From: Limnochordia bacterium
GTDB lineage: Bacteria; Bacillota; Limnochordia; DTU080
NCBI GenBank assembly: GCA_050951545.1
Contig: JBMNJG010000007.1
Coordinates: 576,001 to 640,000 of the forward strand
Reading direction: 5' to 3'
Length of the DNA stretch: 64,000 nt
Shown: positions 41,483 through 51,284 of the stretch, piece after piece
Position numbering within the stretch: position 1 is the first letter of the stretch
Layout of the letters: each line of letters starts with the position of its first letter
The notes under the pieces: model-generated
Database searches by the model: none
What the model was told of the DNA's origin: nothing
What the model saw: only the letters and a program-made list of their open reading frames with translations
Translations under genes and position numbers: made by a program

Positions 41483-42703
41483 CTACGAAGCCGCCTGGCC
41501 AGCTGCAGGTGAGACGCGGTACGCTGTGAGCAGTGACATGAGGGCGATGATCGCTGCCACAGCGAAGACCGCCGAGTAACCAGCTCTCATCCAGAGTAGC
41601 CCTCCCACAAAGGGGATGGTCATAGAGACCGCATGATCAATGGTCACGCCCAGCGAGAGGGTGGGGGTTATGTCCGCTTTGCTCAAGGCGATCCGGTTCA
41701 TATACATGGTGCGGGCCATGGTAGTGGCAATGAGCAGCTGATCGAGTACGAAGCAAGCATAAGCGAGGCGAATGCCCCACATCCCCCAACTCAAGCGAGG
41801 GCCGAATCCGTAGCCCAAGCACACCAGCATGAGTAAACAGGCGTCGGCCATAAGTACGAACCGCTCTCCCTTGCGGTCGATGAGCCGCCCGAGTGCTGGC
41901 CGGAAGACGACACCTATCGATCCGGAGACGATCCAAAGCTTGGCGATGGTAGAGGCTGGTTCACCCAATACCTTGATCAATACCCACGGCCCAAAGGTGA
42001 TGAAGACCTGCTTGCGGGCCCCATACAGCATACACAGAAGGTAGTACAGGCTGTACTCCCTGCGCACCACGAAGCGTGCGGTACCGGGCTTGCCCATCTG
42101 TGGGGTGCGCATTCGAAACAGGAAGGCGGCGGCTACAAGAGCGAACAAGGCACCCGTAATGAACAGGCGCGCAAACCCAAGGTGGAAATAGTCACTTCCT
42201 AACCAGACGATACCAGCGCCCACGATGATTGCCGTTGTCTTGGCACCTTCCAGCTGACCTAGCCGAGCCCCCACTTGTCCATCACGCGCCGTGGTGAGAG
42301 CCAAAGAGGCCTCTAGGGGCATGTTCAGATGCGTCCCCATACTCCAGAGAACCATTCCGAGGATCATTGTGGTATAGGTAGGTGACATAAACCCCAGACC
42401 CAACAGACCCATTGCGATACATGAGGCGGCTACGACGGCTGCTCGGCTGATGCTGAGGCGGAACAGCAAGCTGGTGGAGACAGCTACGAGGAACCCGGGC
42501 AACTCGCGGGGGAATTCCAGGGCCCCTCGTGCTCCGGCGCTGATCCGGAACGTCTCGTTGAGGTAGCTGTTGAATGAGGTGTCAAAGATGCTGTTGGCCA
42601 CGGCGACACAGGCGGCAGCTATGAGCAAAGCGGTGAGGTTGCGTCGAGCGCAATCAGGTGTGTGGGCTGTGGCTAGATCCGAAGCTGTGCCCAGGATAAA
42701 CAC
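41483..42703 (-). CDS. MFS transporter
   Basis: 12 TM-like segments; LEFPRELPG and GRLIDRKGER motifs. Confidence 0.85.
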   Translation of the reverse strand: MFILGTASDLATAHTPDCARRNLTALLIAAACVAVANSIFDTSFNSYLNETFRISAGARGALEFPRELPGFLVAVSTSLLFRLSISRAAVVAASCIAMGLLGLGFMSPTYTTMILGMVLWSMGTHLNMPLEASLALTTARDGQVGARLGQLEGAKTTAIIVGAGIVWLGSDYFHLGFARLFITGALFALVAAAFLFRMRTPQMGKPGTARFVVRREYSLYYLLCMLYGARKQVFITFGPWVLIKVLGEPASTIAKLWIVSGSIGVVFRPALGRLIDRKGERFVLMADACLLMLVCLGYGFGPRLSWGMWGIRLAYACFVLDQLLIATTMARTMYMNRIALSKADITPTLSLGVTIDHAVSMTIPFVGGLLWMRAGYSAVFAVAAIIALMSLLTAYRVSPAAGQAAS

Positions 42704-42720
42704 CTCGTTGTTGGCGGAGA

Positions 42721-43686
42721 TCAGGCAGTCAGACTATGGATATGCTCGATAGTGTCGTCTGTGACCGCAGTACCAGCGGCCTCCAGAGCCAGAAGGGCAC
42801 TGCCAGCAAGAGCGGATCCCGGGTGCCAGCGATCTACTCTTGCGCCATAGGCCTGCAGTTGACTGTCGATCAAGTTGACAAGGAACGGACTTCTGGTCAA
42901 GACACCTCCGGTGTAACCCACCTGAATGGGTGATGCCAGCTTCAGCTGCCTACAGAGACTGCGGATATACCCTGTGTATTCCTCGGCGGCAGTCTCTATG
43001 GCCCCTCGGGCGCCAGGATCCCCCTCCTCGGCAAGGGCCAGGACAAGTGGTGTGGCTTGCCCGAACTCCCGTCGCATAAGCCGACCCTCATAAAGCGCCC
43101 AGGCCAGCTCGCGCAGTGAAGTCATTGAGAATAGCTGTAGAAGGCGTTCGGGCAATGCGGAGTCGGGGCCGCGCTTTTCGCTTGCTGCAATAGCTGCCAT
43201 GACGGCTCGCTGGGCGATACCCCAGCCACCGCCTACGTCCCCAAAGAGGTATCCCCAGCCCCCGACGGTCAACCACTGTTCCCCGTTGTAACCTAAAGCC
43301 ACCGTGCCAGTGCCACCGACAAGGGCTATGCCGGGGGTCTTCCACAGGGTACCCGCGTAGGCAGCTTCCCTGTCTTCCACAAGTAGTATCTGAGAGGCAG
43401 GAAAGGTCTGCGCCAGAAACTCACGGAGGCCCGCTGGCCAACCGCTGAGGCTGCAGCAGATCCCACCGACTGCTTGTGGTGCGCAGTCGGCTTCGACAAG
43501 CAGAGCCGCGACGGCTGCTTGGATACCCTCGAGTTGGGTAGGGGTAGGGTGCCCGCCGCTGGTCGGCTCCGTGGAGTAGTGAAACCCGGGCGCTTCGCGT
43601 TGAAAGGCCTCGTTGGTCAGGCAAGAACCCAGCCAGATGGCTGTAGAAGTCTGTCCGCCGTCGATGGCGAGAATAGCGTCGTGCAA
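42721..43686 (-). CDS. BadF/N-acetylglucosamine kinase-like ATPase
   Basis: AIDGGQTST, GGTGT and GGWGYLFGDVGGG motifs. Confidence 0.85.
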   Translation of the reverse strand: MHDAILAIDGGQTSTAIWLGSCLTNEAFQREAPGFHYSTEPTSGGHPTPTQLEGIQAAVAALLVEADCAPQAVGGICCSLSGWPAGLREFLAQTFPASQILLVEDREAAYAGTLWKTPGIALVGGTGTVALGYNGEQWLTVGGWGYLFGDVGGGWGIAQRAVMAAIAASEKRGPDSALPERLLQLFSMTSLRELAWALYEGRLMRREFGQATPLVLALAEEGDPGARGAIETAAEEYTGYIRSLCRQLKLASPIQVGYTGGVLTRSPFLVNLIDSQLQAYGARVDRWHPGSALAGSALLALEAAGTAVTDDTIEHIHSLTA

Positions 43687-44028
43687 CTGCGTCGCTCCCT
43701 TCTGAGATCACACAGTCGATATCTGCGATATTCTCGGCCGCATCGGCGGTCTCCTGCGCGTGGTTACCGTGGTGCTAGGTGCCCGGCGCACCCTGGTCTA
43801 GCACTGATTCACTGGCTAATCGTGGTCGAAAAAAGCCTGTGCCCAAGCAGGACAACTAATGATTGCGTTGAACCGAAATGCAGGGTAACGCATCCGCTGT
43901 CACCTACACCATTTCACACAGTGAGTGGTAGGGCAATGTGCGATACCCAAGCTTGACTGTGACTGTAACTGCGTACTGACCAGCAACTGATCAATCGCCC
44001 GCACCAAACAAACATGGGAGGTAAGGAC

Positions 44029-45360
44029 ATGACAAACGCATCGAAAGCCATAGCGCATCGTCGCCGGCGTATGATCACTCTAACAACTGTCACCGCATTG
44101 GTCATTGTTTTCGCGCTGACCCCGCTGATGCACGCCAAGCGTGTCACGATTGAACATGCGGTCAACTCAGGTCACGGGCAAGCATATATCGACGCGACGA
44201 CGGAAATCGCGGCTATGTTTAGTAGATCTCAGGACGAAATAGACGTGGAAGTGACCGTGTTAGCTAACTACAATGAGTCGATCATCGTTCGAGTGGCTGG
44301 TGGCGCTTCGCCGGATACGCTCACGACTAATCGGTATGGCGACTTCGCCGGGCGGAACATGCTACTCCCGATGGACGCTTTCTTAGGCAAGGGCAGTCTT
44401 GAACGCCGCTATGTGCCCGCTGCCCTTGAGCACGGTCGATGGGACGGTCAACTCGTACAGCTTCCACTTTTTGTCCAACCAGCGGTTACCTACTACAATA
44501 CCTGGCTTTTTAATGGGGCGGGCCTTGAATCCCCGAATGAGATGGACGCTCGGGGTGCGTGGGATTGGGATGGTTTGATCAAAACGGGAAAGAAAATGGC
44601 CCGGGACACTACGGGCGACGGCATTCTCGACATTTTCGCTACCGGTGGGTCATGGGTGAGTATTGAGCGACTCATTTTCTGGATTGGTCAAAGTGGTGCC
44701 TATTACTTCGACAAGTACACGAACCCGACTGAGAGCCGAGTCAAGACTCCGGAATTCGAGCGAGCCTTGAAGTTCGTACATTCCCTGGCACACGAATACC
44801 ACATTACGGAGGTCAGCGGGCTCACCGGAATGCCTGTATCGAAGTTCACAGACGGTCAAGCAGGCACGATGTTCGATGGACCGTGGCGTATAGCTGGCAT
44901 TCGAAACGCTGGCATGCCCGATGAATCATGGGACGTCGCTCCCATGCTATCGGGACCGGCCGGAAAACCTGCTTTCGTCCATGTTGATGGCGTGCAGATA
45001 TCGGGCGTGACTCGCCATCCCGAGAGCGCGTGGAAATGGCTCAGCTTCTTAACCACGGATCCCCAGGCGAATAACATCCTCATTCAAGTTGTCAATCGTC
45101 CTACAGCATACATCCCGACACTGATGAAATACACGGATATGATCACGGCGGGCGGCCACCCCAAACACGCCAAAACGTATTGGAACATATTGACGACATC
45201 GACTGAAGCGATTCCCATATCGCCGTTGGTACCCAATACAAACCGCTTTTTCAGTACTCACTCACCGGAAGTCGGCAGGTTCTTACGGGGCGAGCAGAGT
45301 GCTGCGGCTACAATGGAAGCCTTAGACCACGCGTTTAGCCAGATTCTCAAAGGTGACTAA
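44029..45360 (+). CDS. ABC sugar-binding protein
   Basis: AGGASPD, WDWD, WDVAPM and HPESAWKWL motifs. Confidence 0.9.
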   Translation: MTNASKAIAHRRRRMITLTTVTALVIVFALTPLMHAKRVTIEHAVNSGHGQAYIDATTEIAAMFSRSQDEIDVEVTVLANYNESIIVRVAGGASPDTLTTNRYGDFAGRNMLLPMDAFLGKGSLERRYVPAALEHGRWDGQLVQLPLFVQPAVTYYNTWLFNGAGLESPNEMDARGAWDWDGLIKTGKKMARDTTGDGILDIFATGGSWVSIERLIFWIGQSGAYYFDKYTNPTESRVKTPEFERALKFVHSLAHEYHITEVSGLTGMPVSKFTDGQAGTMFDGPWRIAGIRNAGMPDESWDVAPMLSGPAGKPAFVHVDGVQISGVTRHPESAWKWLSFLTTDPQANNILIQVVNRPTAYIPTLMKYTDMITAGGHPKHAKTYWNILTTSTEAIPISPLVPNTNRFFSTHSPEVGRFLRGEQSAAATMEALDHAFSQILKGD

Positions 45361-45381
45361 GTCGTCACCATCGAATGCCCG

Positions 45382-45416
45382 AATAGGTTGCCCGTTAGAT
45401 AACGGGCAACCTATTT
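45382..45416. terminator. Intrinsic terminator / perfect inverted repeat
   Basis: AATAGGTTGCCCGTTA-GA-TAACGGGCAACCTATT. Confidence 0.8.
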
Positions 45417-45486
45417 GCTGTACGCTCGGCATGTCTGCTAAGCCGAGGCGGGTATCGGCAGTTGCCTGCGCGCGCTTGCCGTGCTA

Positions 45487-46752
45487 CTAAGTGCTGGGCG
45501 TGTTCAGCTTGTACCAGCGCTTGGGGTTGTCGCAGAAGATTAGCTGTGCGATATGCAACGCGTCCTCTTCACTGAAACGCCCTTTCTCTACCTTCTGAGC
45601 CAGAACCACGGCGACATTGGCCCGAGCAAGCTGTAGGTGGCCGTATATCTTCTCCGGCACGTGGTAATCGCCTCCAAAGGCAAATATCTTCGTGACTGGT
45701 ACGGCATCGAGCCACTGTGAGAGCGCCCGCCGCGAGACATCAGGCCCCATGATGTGCATCCAGCACATGTTGAGGGTCACATTCTCGAAGTACTTGCCCA
45801 GGCAGGTCATATCTTCCACGAAGGGAAATGAGCCGTGGAAGAGGTCGAAGCGCGTCCTGGGATAGTCGCGCAACAGACTCCACAGATGAGTGGCGCGAGC
45901 GTTGCGGATGTCATTGTGGACCCCAGCTTGGTAGCCAGTATGAATGACCACAGGCAAATCAACGTCGGTGCAGGCCTCGACTGCCCGACGGAGGAGGTAG
46001 TTTTCCAGTAACTCGCGGTCGGCTGAACTGATGCCTTGGACGATGCCAGCTCGCATACGGATGAAGACGCCTTCAGCCTCGGCCTGAGCGACATCAGGGA
46101 AGTCGATACGCCGCTGATACGCCGCACTCACTTTGTAACCGACTGCACCCTCTTGTTTGCGATCTGCCACGTACTGCCTCAGCGCAGAGACATACTCGCT
46201 AAGAGTGTGGATGGAACGATTGGTCTCCTGCTCTAAAGCGGCCCTGGGGATACCACAGGCCCTATCTGGGCACAAATAAACGAAGAAGTCCTGATCGTCC
46301 CTTACTACTCTGCCAGTACACTGAATGGCCATCTCAATTCCACAGAGCTCCTGGATAGTCCGGCGGTAGTACCCCGGCTTGAGACTGTCCTGCATTTTCT
46401 GGGAGATGGCCTCGACTGTGTCGTCATTGATGTCGTCAAAGCCCAGGACGTCACGGACATAGGCTAGCGCCGGGTAGGCGTAACTACCGAAACGAATTGC
46501 CTCAAACGCTGGTTTGAGCTTCTGCCAGCGAGGCACAAGGGGTTGCGTGGTGTCGAACACCTCGTTCTGTTCCCTACCATAGGGTAAGCCTGCGCAGGAG
46601 AGGTCAGCCAAGCAGTAGTGCGAGAAGAGAGTAGTGACATCGGCCTTGTGGGCCAGTCGCTCTGCCTCGGTAGGCAGGTGTTCGTGGCAGTCAACCACCG
46701 GGATCTTTTTGATCTCGTCAAACAACGCCGCCGAGAGTCCTTGTAGCCGCAT
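45487..46752 (-). CDS. Amidohydrolase family protein (uronate isomerase-like)
   Basis: VDCHEHL, IHTG, LFHGSFP and FGGD motifs. ATG at 46752 with AAGGAGG RBS. Confidence 0.85.
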   Translation of the reverse strand: MRLQGLSAALFDEIKKIPVVDCHEHLPTEAERLAHKADVTTLFSHYCLADLSCAGLPYGREQNEVFDTTQPLVPRWQKLKPAFEAIRFGSYAYPALAYVRDVLGFDDINDDTVEAISQKMQDSLKPGYYRRTIQELCGIEMAIQCTGRVVRDDQDFFVYLCPDRACGIPRAALEQETNRSIHTLSEYVSALRQYVADRKQEGAVGYKVSAAYQRRIDFPDVAQAEAEGVFIRMRAGIVQGISSADRELLENYLLRRAVEACTDVDLPVVIHTGYQAGVHNDIRNARATHLWSLLRDYPRTRFDLFHGSFPFVEDMTCLGKYFENVTLNMCWMHIMGPDVSRRALSQWLDAVPVTKIFAFGGDYHVPEKIYGHLQLARANVAVVLAQKVEKGRFSEEDALHIAQLIFCDNPKRWYKLNTPST

Positions 46753-47111
46753 CGTTCGCGCCTCCTTCTCATACCGGGGTAATTGACGGTGGGGTGCCGT
46801 AATCCTTCCTACGGGCGGTTGGACTAGCGGGGGCGTACTCCTATCTTGCGCGCACGAGCGAGAGCGATAGGGCGCGAGGTCGGCCGTACTCACTCCGGTT
46901 AGCCGATGGATGTAAGCTATTTCCCTATCGCATAGAATTAGATAGCAGCGCTTGGTCTGCAAGCCGCTTGGCTGCCCTGTGACACCAGTTGGCGATCGGT
47001 GTCGTATGATGATATCTCCGGCGGTGCTACTGAACGCATTTGCTATAGCCAAAAACAGAAATAACGACTGTTTGGCGGAAGTAGGCCAGTAGTTCCATTG
47101 CTCTTAGTGCG

Positions 47112-47141
47112 TTGACACACGTATAGGGGGCGGGGTATCCT
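47112..47141 (+). promoter_or_regulatory. SigA-type promoter
   Basis: TTGACA-N18-TATCCT. Confidence 0.5.
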
Positions 47142-47193
47142 TATAAAGGAACATATGCTCATTACGTCCGGAAGGAGAAAGGAGAGGATCACT

Positions 47194-47580
47194 ATGCCGC
47201 GCGGTGACGGAACGGGCCCAACAGGGCAGGGACCAACGGGTGGAGGCAGGCAGGGCTCGGTCGGGGGTGGTCGAGGTCAAGGTCGAGGTCTACGACGAGG
47301 TGGTCGAGGCTGGCGCAACTGGCCAGTTGGTATAGAGCAACCGCTCCCCGTTGATGCGCCGCACATCGAGGAGACGCCTGCTGTTCCGATCGCTCCGGTT
47401 GCCGCTGAGACCGAGGTGGCGTTGCTCAGGGGTCAGCTTCAGGAGTGTCAGCAAGCGATGGCTGCTCTGAATGAGCGCATCCTGCAGCTGAGCGAGAATG
47501 CGAGGGAGCGCAGTGCTCAGCAAGGGCATAAGCAGCAGGATAGAGCCAAAGAAAGTAGGGATGAGGAGACTGAGAGTTGA
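47194..47580 (+). CDS. DUF5320 family protein
   Basis: MPRGDGTGP.GQGP start, Gly/Arg-rich stretch, GRGWRN, C-terminal coiled coil. Confidence 0.8.
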   Translation: MPRGDGTGPTGQGPTGGGRQGSVGGGRGQGRGLRRGGRGWRNWPVGIEQPLPVDAPHIEETPAVPIAPVAAETEVALLRGQLQECQQAMAALNERILQLSENARERSAQQGHKQQDRAKESRDEETES

Positions 47581-47722
47581 GCCTAGCGGCAGCGTGACGA
47601 GGCTTGTTACCCAGTCTGATCCAGCATAAGGCGCCGTCGAGGCGGCCAGCTCGGCCAATGGTATTGGGGCGAGCGGCATGCGGCGGCGCTCTGATTTTTC
47701 TCTAGCGAAAGGTGGGGTCCAT

Positions 47723-48580
47723 ATGAGGGCTATGAGCGAGACGACCTCGGCAGTGTTGCTGACCGTCGTCGTGGATAACGTTGTGCAAGCGCCGAAGCTG
47801 TGGGCGGAGCACGGGCTTTCCATCCTTTTAGAGACACCAGAATGCCGACTGCTGTTTGACACAGGGCAGTCAGGCAAGGTGCTCCTACATAATACTGAGG
47901 TGTTGGGTGTCGATCTGGGTCGACTCGACGCGGTTGTGCTGAGTCACGGGCACTATGATCATACTGGTGGCTTGCCAAGCGTGCAGTTGCAGCCTGACAT
48001 GGCGAAGCTCTATGCGCATCCAGGAGCGTTCGCAGAGAAGTTCAGCAGAAGCCCCGCAGGCGTTTTGCGTCCCATCAGCAGCGGCCTGACCCGGCAAGCG
48101 GTGGGGAGTCTGGAGCTGGAGCTGGTCTCTACCGAAGCACCCCAGATGATCGCGCCTGGCATTCTGGTGTGCGGTGAGATTCCACGGGTCACTGACTTCG
48201 AGAGGGTTCCGGCGTCCTTTCTGTGCAGGCGAGGCGGGAGTTTGATGCCCGATCAGCTTCTGGATGACCAAGCACTTGTCGTCGAGACACCTACCGGGCT
48301 TGTGGTGCTGCTGGGGTGCGGGCATGCAGGAGTAGTCAACACCTTGGAGCATGTTCGGCAATTGGGCTTTAGCGGGCCTATTCGGGCGTTGATTGGTGGG
48401 CTGCATCTTCAGAGTGTCTCAGAAGAACAGCTGCGTCTCACGATTGAGAGCTTCGATAGGTACGATGTCGAGGTTGTGGTGCCACTGCACTGTACAGGCT
48501 TCGCGGCTACTGCCCGTATAGCTCGTGAACTGGGGAAGCGCTTTGTGCTGGGAATGGTGGGCAGTAGGCTGCACTTCTGA
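47723..48580 (+). CDS. MBL-fold metallohydrolase (COG1237-like)
   Basis: EHGLS, LFDTG, SHGHYDHTGG, GCGHAG, GGLHL and HCTG motifs. Confidence 0.9.
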   Translation: MRAMSETTSAVLLTVVVDNVVQAPKLWAEHGLSILLETPECRLLFDTGQSGKVLLHNTEVLGVDLGRLDAVVLSHGHYDHTGGLPSVQLQPDMAKLYAHPGAFAEKFSRSPAGVLRPISSGLTRQAVGSLELELVSTEAPQMIAPGILVCGEIPRVTDFERVPASFLCRRGGSLMPDQLLDDQALVVETPTGLVVLLGCGHAGVVNTLEHVRQLGFSGPIRALIGGLHLQSVSEEQLRLTIESFDRYDVEVVVPLHCTGFAATARIARELGKRFVLGMVGSRLHF

Positions 48581-48822
48581 GTCGTGGCGGCCAGCTCTGT
48601 CTTGGCGAGAGGGAGCGGGCGGCGTCTTTTGCTCTGGCTCCGCGCTGACGCCCAGAGGTCATCGCGTGGACAACCTCACTGTTGGGGAGATGATCGACTC
48701 TGACATGGTGGGCACACACGCCAGGTTGTACAGTAATGCGTGAGGTCGAAGCGCAAAAAGGATTCCAGTTTCCTGACTATTCGTGATATATTAGAGTCGC
48801 AAGGCAGAAGGGAGATGAAAGA

Positions 48823-49932
48823 ATGTATCCCCCTCTTCCTGGAGTCTGTCTGTTCGTTCTCATGATGGCCATAGCTGCACCACTCCCTGCATATGCGCAG
48901 CATGTACTCGCGTCGCTACCTCAGGGCCTTGGTCTGGCTGCTCAGTACCCTGGTGATGTGGGCATTGCCAGCCATCCTCACGCGGTCTTTGTCGAGGGCT
49001 TTGAGGTCGCTGGTGTCGAGCATCTCCAGGAACGATGGAGCACGGTAAAGGACCCGATGACATTGCGGGTCAGTGAGCTTGCTCCCGTTGGCAGTCCGGG
49101 CTCTCGGTCTCTGCAAGTGATTGCTAGACGGGGTGAAAACACTGGTGGCTACGTGTTCAAGGTGTTGGATGACGGATACGACAAGCTCCACATGCGCTTC
49201 TATGTCAGATTTGCTGCGGATCATCCCTATTCGCATCATTTTGTCCGGATGGGGGGAAGGGTTGATGCTCCCCCCTACCCGTTAGGAGGAGCTGGCAAAC
49301 GGCCCGAGGATCACTTCTCTGTGGGTCTGGATGCCATGACAGCCTCTGGGAATACCTACCCAGCTGTCAAGTATTCACCTCCCGGCGTGTGGGGCTTCTA
49401 CAACTACTGGCCTGAGATGCGTTCGTGGCAGACTCCGTGGGGAGATGCAGATCCGACCAATCCAAGCTACTACGGCAACACCTTCCACCCTCGTCCGCCA
49501 GTGCCTATCCCGCGAGAGGCATGGATCTGCGTGGAGATCATGGCCAAGGTGAACTCGACGCCAGAGGTCTCTGACGGGGAGCTAGCCCTGTGGATCGACG
49601 GAAGACTGGTGGCTCACTATGCGCCAGGCAGCATCGCCGGGTACTGGGTGCGTGACGCCTTTCGTACAGACCCCACCAATATGCAGAGCAGGCCGTTTAC
49701 AGGCTTTCGCTGGCGGAACGACACTCGGACTAAACTCCGGACTGTTAAGCTGGAGAACTACCTTGAAGATCGAGCCTACGAGTGGACCGAGGCATATCTG
49801 CGTGAGCATCTGGGAGTCATGGCCAATACGAAGGAAGCCATCGTCTGGTTTGACCATCTTGTGGTAGCGACGGAGTACATCGGGCCGATGGGAGCTAGTG
49901 CAAGCGAGACACACAAAGGACAGGAGGAGTGA
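48823..49932 (+). CDS. Secreted beta-sandwich protein (polysaccharide lyase/LamG-like), function unknown
   Basis: Signal peptide; HMRFYVRF, WICVEIM..DGELALWIDG and VWFDHLVVATEYIGP segments. Confidence 0.6.
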   Translation: MYPPLPGVCLFVLMMAIAAPLPAYAQHVLASLPQGLGLAAQYPGDVGIASHPHAVFVEGFEVAGVEHLQERWSTVKDPMTLRVSELAPVGSPGSRSLQVIARRGENTGGYVFKVLDDGYDKLHMRFYVRFAADHPYSHHFVRMGGRVDAPPYPLGGAGKRPEDHFSVGLDAMTASGNTYPAVKYSPPGVWGFYNYWPEMRSWQTPWGDADPTNPSYYGNTFHPRPPVPIPREAWICVEIMAKVNSTPEVSDGELALWIDGRLVAHYAPGSIAGYWVRDAFRTDPTNMQSRPFTGFRWRNDTRTKLRTVKLENYLEDRAYEWTEAYLREHLGVMANTKEAIVWFDHLVVATEYIGPMGASASETHKGQEE

Positions 49933-51212
49933 AAATGACGAGGCGCGCGCCTGCAGGTGTCTGGGTTCTCGCATTGGTTGCGATCGTTGTGACACTCTCG
50001 GCGACCGCAGCGGCTAAGGTGAAGATCGCTGTGACGATCTGCTGCGAGCAGCTGGATCGTCACGAGTGGCTGATGAGTACGGCAGAAGCCTACATGAAGG
50101 AGAACCCCCGAATTGAGATCGAGCCACTCCTCGACGTGGGAATCAGCAAATTGACACCCATGATCGCAGGTGGGGTAGCCCCCGATCTTATCTGGACCGG
50201 GCAGTCGTGGGGGAACCAGATGGGGTATTTCCTGCCCCTCACAGAGTTCTACGCCAAGAATCCGGCTTTTGTGAAGGACCTGGTACCCGGTATGGTAAAG
50301 GGTTTCTCATTCAATGGAGTCAGCTATGCGATACCTTTTAGTGCCTCAAGTCGAGCTGTAGCCTTCAACGCCGAGCTGCTCCAAAAAGCTGGTACCCAAC
50401 CTCCGTCTCGAGAGTGGACGTGGAACGAGGCTTTGAGCATGGGGAAGAAGCTCACACGTGATACGGACGGCGACGGTGTTCCGGACACGTGGGGCATGGT
50501 CCTGAACTGGCAACCCTGGAGCTTCTTTGCCTACGGAGAGAGCATCTACACGGACGATGGCCAGGGCGCGAATATCTTCCAGGAGGCCATACTCAAAGCT
50601 ACGGGAATCTGGCTCGATGTCTATTCCGGCAAGCTCGGAATCATGCCTTCATCGATCGTTGGCGTGGATACCTCTGCCGGTGATCTTTTCACGCAAGGCA
50701 AACTCGGATTCTGGGACATTGGCATCTTTGAGGTGCCTTTCATTCGTGAGCGCACTTCTTTTGAGTGGGACGTACAGGAGTTTCCGATGCTTGAGCATGG
50801 GGGCCAGATGCTGCGTGGAGGCGTGTGGACTGGGGAGGGCTATGGCATCTACAAGGACTGCAAGCATCCCGAAGAGGCCATGCGTTTTGCGCAGTTCATG
50901 CTCTCGCGTGAGAATCTCTCTCGGCTTGCGGACACGGGGGCCATCATGCCTGCCTCGCAATCGACATTGGCCACTTCCTTCTTGCGAACGACGCAAGCCC
51001 CCAAGAATCTGAAAGCCTTCGTCAATTCCCTGGATTACCAGATGGCTGCTTGGGCGCATCCGGCGTTTGGCAATATCATGAGCCAGATGTTCGGGCCTAT
51101 ATGGAATCAGACGTCGGCTCACAATGGATCGATACCCGTGGAGACATTACTGGAGGCCTCCCAGAAGGCACTACAGCGTGCACTCGACGATTTCTGGGTT
51201 ACCACCAAGTAG
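49929..51212 (+). CDS. ABC sugar-binding protein
   Basis: IAGGVAPDL, YAIPF, WTWNE, FEWDV and KHPEEA motifs. Confidence 0.9.
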   Translation: MKMTRRAPAGVWVLALVAIVVTLSATAAAKVKIAVTICCEQLDRHEWLMSTAEAYMKENPRIEIEPLLDVGISKLTPMIAGGVAPDLIWTGQSWGNQMGYFLPLTEFYAKNPAFVKDLVPGMVKGFSFNGVSYAIPFSASSRAVAFNAELLQKAGTQPPSREWTWNEALSMGKKLTRDTDGDGVPDTWGMVLNWQPWSFFAYGESIYTDDGQGANIFQEAILKATGIWLDVYSGKLGIMPSSIVGVDTSAGDLFTQGKLGFWDIGIFEVPFIRERTSFEWDVQEFPMLEHGGQMLRGGVWTGEGYGIYKDCKHPEEAMRFAQFMLSRENLSRLADTGAIMPASQSTLATSFLRTTQAPKNLKAFVNSLDYQMAAWAHPAFGNIMSQMFGPIWNQTSAHNGSIPVETLLEASQKALQRALDDFWVTTK

Positions 51213-51284
51213 CAGCTAAGCAACTAGAAGGCTGGTGTACTGAGCCATCTGTCCGTACAAGGCGTTTCGGGCAGATGGCTCGTT

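Noticed and set aside
46753-47052. N-terminal extension of the amidohydrolase ORF
   Set aside because: A strong RBS and ATG lie at 46752; the upstream part is probably intergenic.
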